The position numbers were made by a program, and so were the translations under genes. A DNA stretch of 64,000 nt from Nannocystales bacterium (GTDB lineage: Bacteria > Myxococcota_A > Polyangia > Nannocystales > Nannocystaceae): contig JBOEGF010000007.1 in assembly GCA_050633305.1 (NCBI GenBank), forward strand, positions 224,001 to 288,000, written 5' to 3'. Below are positions 59,476-64,000 of the stretch, one piece after another; position 1 is the first letter of the stretch, and every line of letters begins with the position of its first letter. The notes beneath the pieces were generated by a model. That model searched no databases and was not told where the DNA came from. It saw only the letters and a program-made list of their open reading frames with translations.

Positions 59476-60621
59476 ATGTTCACGCCGGCATATTCCGAAG
59501 ACTCGCTCGCCTTGGCCGACACCGCGCGAAAGTTCGCGAAGGAGTCGATGATCCCGGTCGCTGGCAAGTACGACGAGCTCGGCCAAATGCCGATGGAGGT
59601 GTTCCAAGCGGCGTGGGAACTCGGACTGATGAACGTCGAGCTTCCCGAGTCGGTTGGCGGGCTCGAGGTCAGCACCGTCGAGGGCTGTCTCATCGCCGAG
59701 GAGTTGGCCTACGGCTGCGCGGCGATCTCCACCAGCATCGTATGCAACCATCTGGGGGCCCTGCCGCTGATGATCGGTGGCACGCAGGAGCAGAAAGAGA
59801 CGTGGCTGACCAAGCTCTCCGAGGAGATGTGCTTCGTCAGCTACGCCTGCTCAGAGCCCGAGGCCGGGTCCGACGTGGCTGCGATGCGGACGAAGCTGGT
59901 CAAGGACGGGGATGGGTGGATCCTCAGTGGGCAGAAGCGGTGGATCACCAACGCTGCCCACGCCAAGTTCTACACAGGCTTCGCGACCATCGACCCCACG
60001 CTTGGCCACAAGGGCATCACGGGATTCGTCGTGTCGGCGGATGCCCCCGGCGTGAGTGTCGGGAAAAAAGAGAACAAGCTCGGACAGCGAGCGTCGAGCA
60101 CCTGCGACGTGTTGTTCGACGACGTCAAGCTGGGGCCCGAGAACATCATCGGAGAGGTGGGGCGCGGCTTCTCCATCGCGATGGAGACCTTCGACAAGTC
60201 TCGTCCGATGATTGCGGCGCAGTGCGCTGGCCTCATCCGCCGTGCCTTGGACGAGTCGGTCAAGTACGCGAAGGAGCGCAAGACGTTCGGCGTGCCCATC
60301 GCTCAGCACCAGGCCATTCAGTTCATGATCGCGGAGATGGCGATGGCCCACGAGACCACCCGCTTGCTCTACAGCAAGGCCGCGTGGGAGGTCGACAATG
60401 GGGTCAAGCGGACCAGTACATCGGCGATGGCCAAGGCGATGGGCGCCGACCTGGCCATGAAGGCTACGACCGATGCGGTGCAGATCTTCGGCGGCTACGG
60501 GTACACGAAGGAGTACCCGGTCGAGAAGCTCATGCGTGACGCCAAGCTGATGCAGATCTACGAGGGCACGTCGCAGATTCAGCGACTCGTCATCGCGAAG
60601 AACATCCTCGTGCGCGGATGA
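59476..60621 (+). CDS. Acyl-CoA dehydrogenase (medium/short-chain-like)
   Basis: SEPEAGSDV, GQKRWITN, KLGQRAS, FDKSRP, RKTFG.PI, QIFGGYGY..EYPVEK.MRDAK..QIYEGTSQIQR. Confidence 0.93.
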   Translation: MFTPAYSEDSLALADTARKFAKESMIPVAGKYDELGQMPMEVFQAAWELGLMNVELPESVGGLEVSTVEGCLIAEELAYGCAAISTSIVCNHLGALPLMIGGTQEQKETWLTKLSEEMCFVSYACSEPEAGSDVAAMRTKLVKDGDGWILSGQKRWITNAAHAKFYTGFATIDPTLGHKGITGFVVSADAPGVSVGKKENKLGQRASSTCDVLFDDVKLGPENIIGEVGRGFSIAMETFDKSRPMIAAQCAGLIRRALDESVKYAKERKTFGVPIAQHQAIQFMIAEMAMAHETTRLLYSKAAWEVDNGVKRTSTSAMAKAMGADLAMKATTDAVQIFGGYGYTKEYPVEKLMRDAKLMQIYEGTSQIQRLVIAKNILVRG

Positions 60622-61442
60622 GTACGGTCCCCCAGTCGCTCCCCATCGGAGTGTTTGATTCCGGTGTTGGTGGACTGACCGTCCTGCGTGCGCTCCGCGA
60701 AGCGTTGCCGAACGAATCGTTCCTCTATCTGGGGGACACCGCACGGCTTCCTTACGGGACCAAGAGCTCGAACACCGTCGAGCGCTACGCGAAACAGTCC
60801 GCGCAAGTCTTGGTCGAGCGCGGGGTGAAGTTGCTGGTCATCGCGTGCAACACGGTCTCCGCCGTCGCGGTCGAGACCCTGCGTGATCGCTTTGGACCCC
60901 TGCCGGTCGTGGGCGTCGTCGAGCCCGGCGCAGAGGCGGCATGTGGTGCGACCTCGTCCGGCCACATCCTCATTACCGGGACCGAAGGCACCGTCCGCGG
61001 TGGTGCATACGAACGTGCGATCAAGCGGCGGCGGCCCGAAGCCGTCGTGCTCGGTCAGCCATGCCCGCTGTTCGTCGCCCTCGCTGAGGAGGCGTGGACC
61101 CAGGGGGATGTTCCACAGCTGGCGGCTCGCCGCTACCTGGCTCCCCATTTGGCTTCGGACCCCGCGCTCGACACGGTGGTCCTCGGCTGTACCCATTTCC
61201 CCGTGCTCGCGGGTGTGGTCCAGCAGGTGGTGGGGCCAGAGGTGACCGTGGTCGACTCGGCCATGACGACAGCCTCCGCGGTTCGGTCCCTCCTACAGGA
61301 GCTTGGGCTCTCCTCGCCGAGCCGCGAACCCGGTAAGCTCGCGTTGCTTGCGACCGACGACGCTGAACGTTTTGCCCGGGTCGGGTCGGGTTTCCTCGCG
61401 ACGACGCTTCACGCTGAAGACGTAGAATTGGTCGACCTGTGA
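60618..61442 (+). CDS. murI: Glutamate racemase
   Basis: IGVFDSGVGGLTV, GDTARLPYG.K, VIACNT, LGCTHFP. Confidence 0.95.
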   Translation: MSTVPQSLPIGVFDSGVGGLTVLRALREALPNESFLYLGDTARLPYGTKSSNTVERYAKQSAQVLVERGVKLLVIACNTVSAVAVETLRDRFGPLPVVGVVEPGAEAACGATSSGHILITGTEGTVRGGAYERAIKRRRPEAVVLGQPCPLFVALAEEAWTQGDVPQLAARRYLAPHLASDPALDTVVLGCTHFPVLAGVVQQVVGPEVTVVDSAMTTASAVRSLLQELGLSSPSREPGKLALLATDDAERFARVGSGFLATTLHAEDVELVDL

Positions 61443-61480
61443 TAGCCTCGCAACGGCGTATGCGGCGCTGTTCTCGGACG

Positions 61481-62392
61481 ATGTTTCGTTCTCGCTCCTC
61501 GCGTGCTTGGAGCCTTGCGTTGGCCACGAGCATGCTCGGCGGCGCGTTGATGGTGACCCCGGAGCCCGCGCATGCACGCACGGCCGCCCTGGCTGTCGAG
61601 AGCACGCCCGAGGAGCTCTACGACGAAGGTCGCAAGGCCTATCGGCTTGGGGACTTCGAGACGGCGGTCGACAAGTGGGAGAAGGCGTACGACCTCTCCG
61701 ACAACGGCCTGCTGCTCTACAACATCTCCCTGGCCTACAAGGGGCTGTACACGATCTCCAACGACCTCGCCGACCTCCGGCGCGCCCGGGCGATCTTGGA
61801 CAACTTCATCAAGGTCGCCAAGGCCAACGCGGATATCGATCCCGACGATGCTCCCGAGCGGCTGGTCGAGCTCGACGCGATGATCGCCGAGGCCGAGAAG
61901 GCCGCCGAGGACGACAAGCCACCCCCGCCCGTGGTCGTTCAGCCCACCGAGGGCGACGAGCTACGCGAGAAGATGGGCCCGGACGCGGGTCGAAACCTTC
62001 GCCTGGCCGGGATGGGCACGATGGTCGGAGGCGGCGCGATCGCGCTGACCGGCGTCGCGCTTGCGGCGTTTTATGGCATCAAGGGGCAGGAGTTCAGCTC
62101 CAAGCTCGGGAACTCCCTCGAAGCGCAGAACAGCTGCGAAGACGACCCGTCGGACTCGAATTGCGAACGCTTCGACGGCGAGATCGAGACGTGGCGGAAC
62201 AACGGCAACGAGGCCAACACCTTGTCGGTCGCCATGGGCCTCGGCCTCGGCGGGGTCGGCGTCGTGGCGCTGGTCGCGGGTGGTCTCGTCTTCCACGAGG
62301 GCAACAAGCGCACCAAGCAGTGGGAGCGCGGCCTCGCCAATCTCCGAGTTTCGCCGACCCGGCGTGGACTCGTGCTGACGGGTCGATTCTAG
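61481..62392 (+). CDS. TPR-containing exported/membrane protein
   Basis: Signal peptide; LYDEGRKAY..GDFE.A...WEKAY..LLYNI (TPR); two Gly-rich hydrophobic segments; ends L.LTGRF; start uncertain. Confidence 0.7.
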   Translation: MFRSRSSRAWSLALATSMLGGALMVTPEPAHARTAALAVESTPEELYDEGRKAYRLGDFETAVDKWEKAYDLSDNGLLLYNISLAYKGLYTISNDLADLRRARAILDNFIKVAKANADIDPDDAPERLVELDAMIAEAEKAAEDDKPPPPVVVQPTEGDELREKMGPDAGRNLRLAGMGTMVGGGAIALTGVALAAFYGIKGQEFSSKLGNSLEAQNSCEDDPSDSNCERFDGEIETWRNNGNEANTLSVAMGLGLGGVGVVALVAGGLVFHEGNKRTKQWERGLANLRVSPTRRGLVLTGRF

Positions 62393-62763
62393 GCGACCCA
62401 GCCACCCCGCGTCTCCGCTCTGTGGGCGGCGCTCGGATGGCGGAGATCGCTCGCCATCGTGCGAATGCTCAACGCTCCGGAAAACCGTCCCACGTCTCGC
62501 CCGATGGGGTGCTCGGGGCGTAAGCCGCCTCAGGCAACACCGTTGAACCCTCCCAAGGTGGACTCCCTACCAAAACGCACTGCGGCGCGAAGCCATCCCG
62601 GACCCGGTGCGAGTAGCGGCATCCTTGTGATATACGAGCGCAGCCCGAAAATTTGGGCCCCTGGGATGGTGTATCGAAGTTTTCGACACCGAAGGTCCTC
62701 ATGCTCACTGCACCCCACGCACCTGATTTCAAGAGTGACCCCAGGCCCGAGAAGGAGCCCATC

Positions 62764-64000
62764 GTGAACCGCGCTCGTTCGCTCAAGACACTTTTCCTGA
62801 CTCTGCCGTTGTCGGTCTGCGCCCCTGTCGCTGGTCTCGCCGCGACCGGTGCCATCTTGCTCGCTCCCCAGTCCGCCCAAGCCGCTGAAAACGGCTCGAT
62901 CAGCGGAGTGGTGACCAACGACAAGACCGGCGAGCGGATGGCCAACGCCATCGTGGTCCTTCAGTGCAACTGCCTCCAGGGCACGCGCGAGGCTACGACC
63001 AACTCCAACGGGCTGTACGCGTTCAAGTCGCTGCCTCCAGGTACCTACACGATCCAGGTGCTCGCAGGCCAAGCCGACGTCTCGAAGGTCACGACCCTTC
63101 CGCGTGGCGCGAAGTTTCGCGCGAACTTCAAGATCGACCCGAACAACGAGTTCAAGCGAACCATTCGGGTCAAGCCCGTCGCGGTCAAGCAGGACACGTC
63201 GGTCGGGCAGTCCATCTCGATGGACGAGTTCCGCAACATCCCGGTTGGTGAGAGCGCGGGGCGAGACTTCACGCAGGTCGTCGAGGCTTCGGCGACTGCA
63301 TCTCGGGACTCCGCTGGAATCTCGCTCGCGGGTACGACTTCGGCCGAGTCCAAGTACACGGTCGAAGGCGCGAACGTGAACAACCCGAGCTTCGGTACGG
63401 TCGGTGCTTCGATCGTTCAGGAGTTCATCGAAGAGGTCGACGTTCAGGAGTCGGGCTACGCGGCCGAGTTCGGTGGTGCAGCCGGTGGGCAGGTCTCCGC
63501 CCGTCGAATCTCGGGCACCAACAAAGTTCGTGGTGTTGCGCGCTTCACCTACACGCCTCGTCTGGCGCAGCCGCGGTTCATCCTCGCCACGGACAACGCC
63601 GTCCGGGCGGTTGAGGTTCCCGATTACCTCCTGCAGGGTGTCGTCGCTGCCAGTGGTCCGATCATCAAGGACAAGTTGTTCTGGTCGGCAGCCATCTCGG
63701 CCACGGGCGGTCGCGCTTCGCTGATTCAGTCCTTCTATTCGCGCGTGGACAAGGACGGTTCCGGCGGCTACGAGGATTGCCCCTACACCAACGGCGACTT
63801 CGACTGCGTCGACGGTGGCGACTACATCCAGACCGAGAAGTTCGCTGAGCAGCGGTTCCGGACTGGAAGCGTCGGCATCGGATACCAGATCGGTATCGAC
63901 TGGGCGATCAACCCCAAGCACCGTATCCGGGCCACGGTCCGTGGCGGTCCGGGCTTCCAGCGTCGCTCCTATCGCCGGCCTGCGCTCAACCTCGACCCGT
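62764..64000 (+). CDS. Oar-like TonB-dependent receptor (N-terminal part; runs off the window)
   Basis: Not in the ORF track. GTG 62764 follows AGGAG; signal peptide; GSISGVVT...LPPGTYTI (carboxypeptidase-regulatory domain); plug motifs RDF, GISLAG....ESKYTVEG.N, EFIEEV.V...GYAAEFGGA.GG; GPIIKDKLFW. Confidence 0.88.
   Translation, partial: MNRARSLKTLFLTLPLSVCAPVAGLAATGAILLAPQSAQAAENGSISGVVTNDKTGERMANAIVVLQCNCLQGTREATTNSNGLYAFKSLPPGTYTIQVLAGQADVSKVTTLPRGAKFRANFKIDPNNEFKRTIRVKPVAVKQDTSVGQSISMDEFRNIPVGESAGRDFTQVVEASATASRDSAGISLAGTTSAESKYTVEGANVNNPSFGTVGASIVQEFIEEVDVQESGYAAEFGGAAGGQVSARRISGTNKVRGVARFTYTPRLAQPRFILATDNAVRAVEVPDYLLQGVVAASGPIIKDKLFWSAAISATGGRASLIQSFYSRVDKDGSGGYEDCPYTNGDFDCVDGGDYIQTEKFAEQRFRTGSVGIGYQIGIDWAINPKHRIRATVRGGPGFQRRSYRRPALNLDP

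Noticed and set aside
62393..62763. Cobalamin or other riboswitch ahead of the TonB-dependent receptor
   Set aside because: The conserved B12-box/GGGAA...ACTG elements were not found; an Rfam scan would settle it.

Overview
High-GC bacterial DNA, most likely from a myxobacterium (Myxococcota). This is inferred from the alternative complex III/A2-type oxidase cluster, Oar-like TonB-dependent receptor, Ser/Thr-linker lipoprotein and expanded DsbA-like family. No transposase, integrase, prophage or CRISPR array was seen. Left to right: a partial beta-carbonic anhydrase; a coupled operon of carotenoid-oxygenase family enzyme, lipocalin-like protein, PaaN-type aldehyde dehydrogenase, thiolase, crotonase and acyl-CoA dehydrogenase; an ECF42-like sigma with a DGPF/YciI partner; a desaturase with a PaaX-family regulator; tRNA-Asn; an AGMO-like sterol-desaturase family gene; a wzc-wzx-wzy trio; argC-argJ(fusion)-argR; tRNA-Gly; then a ~33 kb respiratory locus; and finally acyl-CoA dehydrogenase, murI, a TPR protein and a partial TonB-dependent receptor. 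The respiratory locus holds a DsbA/TlpA array, ctaB-sco-cytochrome c, actABCDEF, an ActG-position BON/OmpA fusion, sco, caa3-type coxBACD, moaA and a System I*-type ccm cluster with two unassigned genes. Strongest leads: (1) a peptidoglycan-binding domain fused to the ActG-position subunit; (2) ArgJ fused to a catalytically dead NAGK domain that keeps the arginine-site elements; (3) two uncharacterised genes inside a ccm operon lacking ccmG/H; (4) a carotenoid/stilbene-cleavage-to-beta-oxidation operon. All assignments come from motif recognition by eye; no database searches were run.
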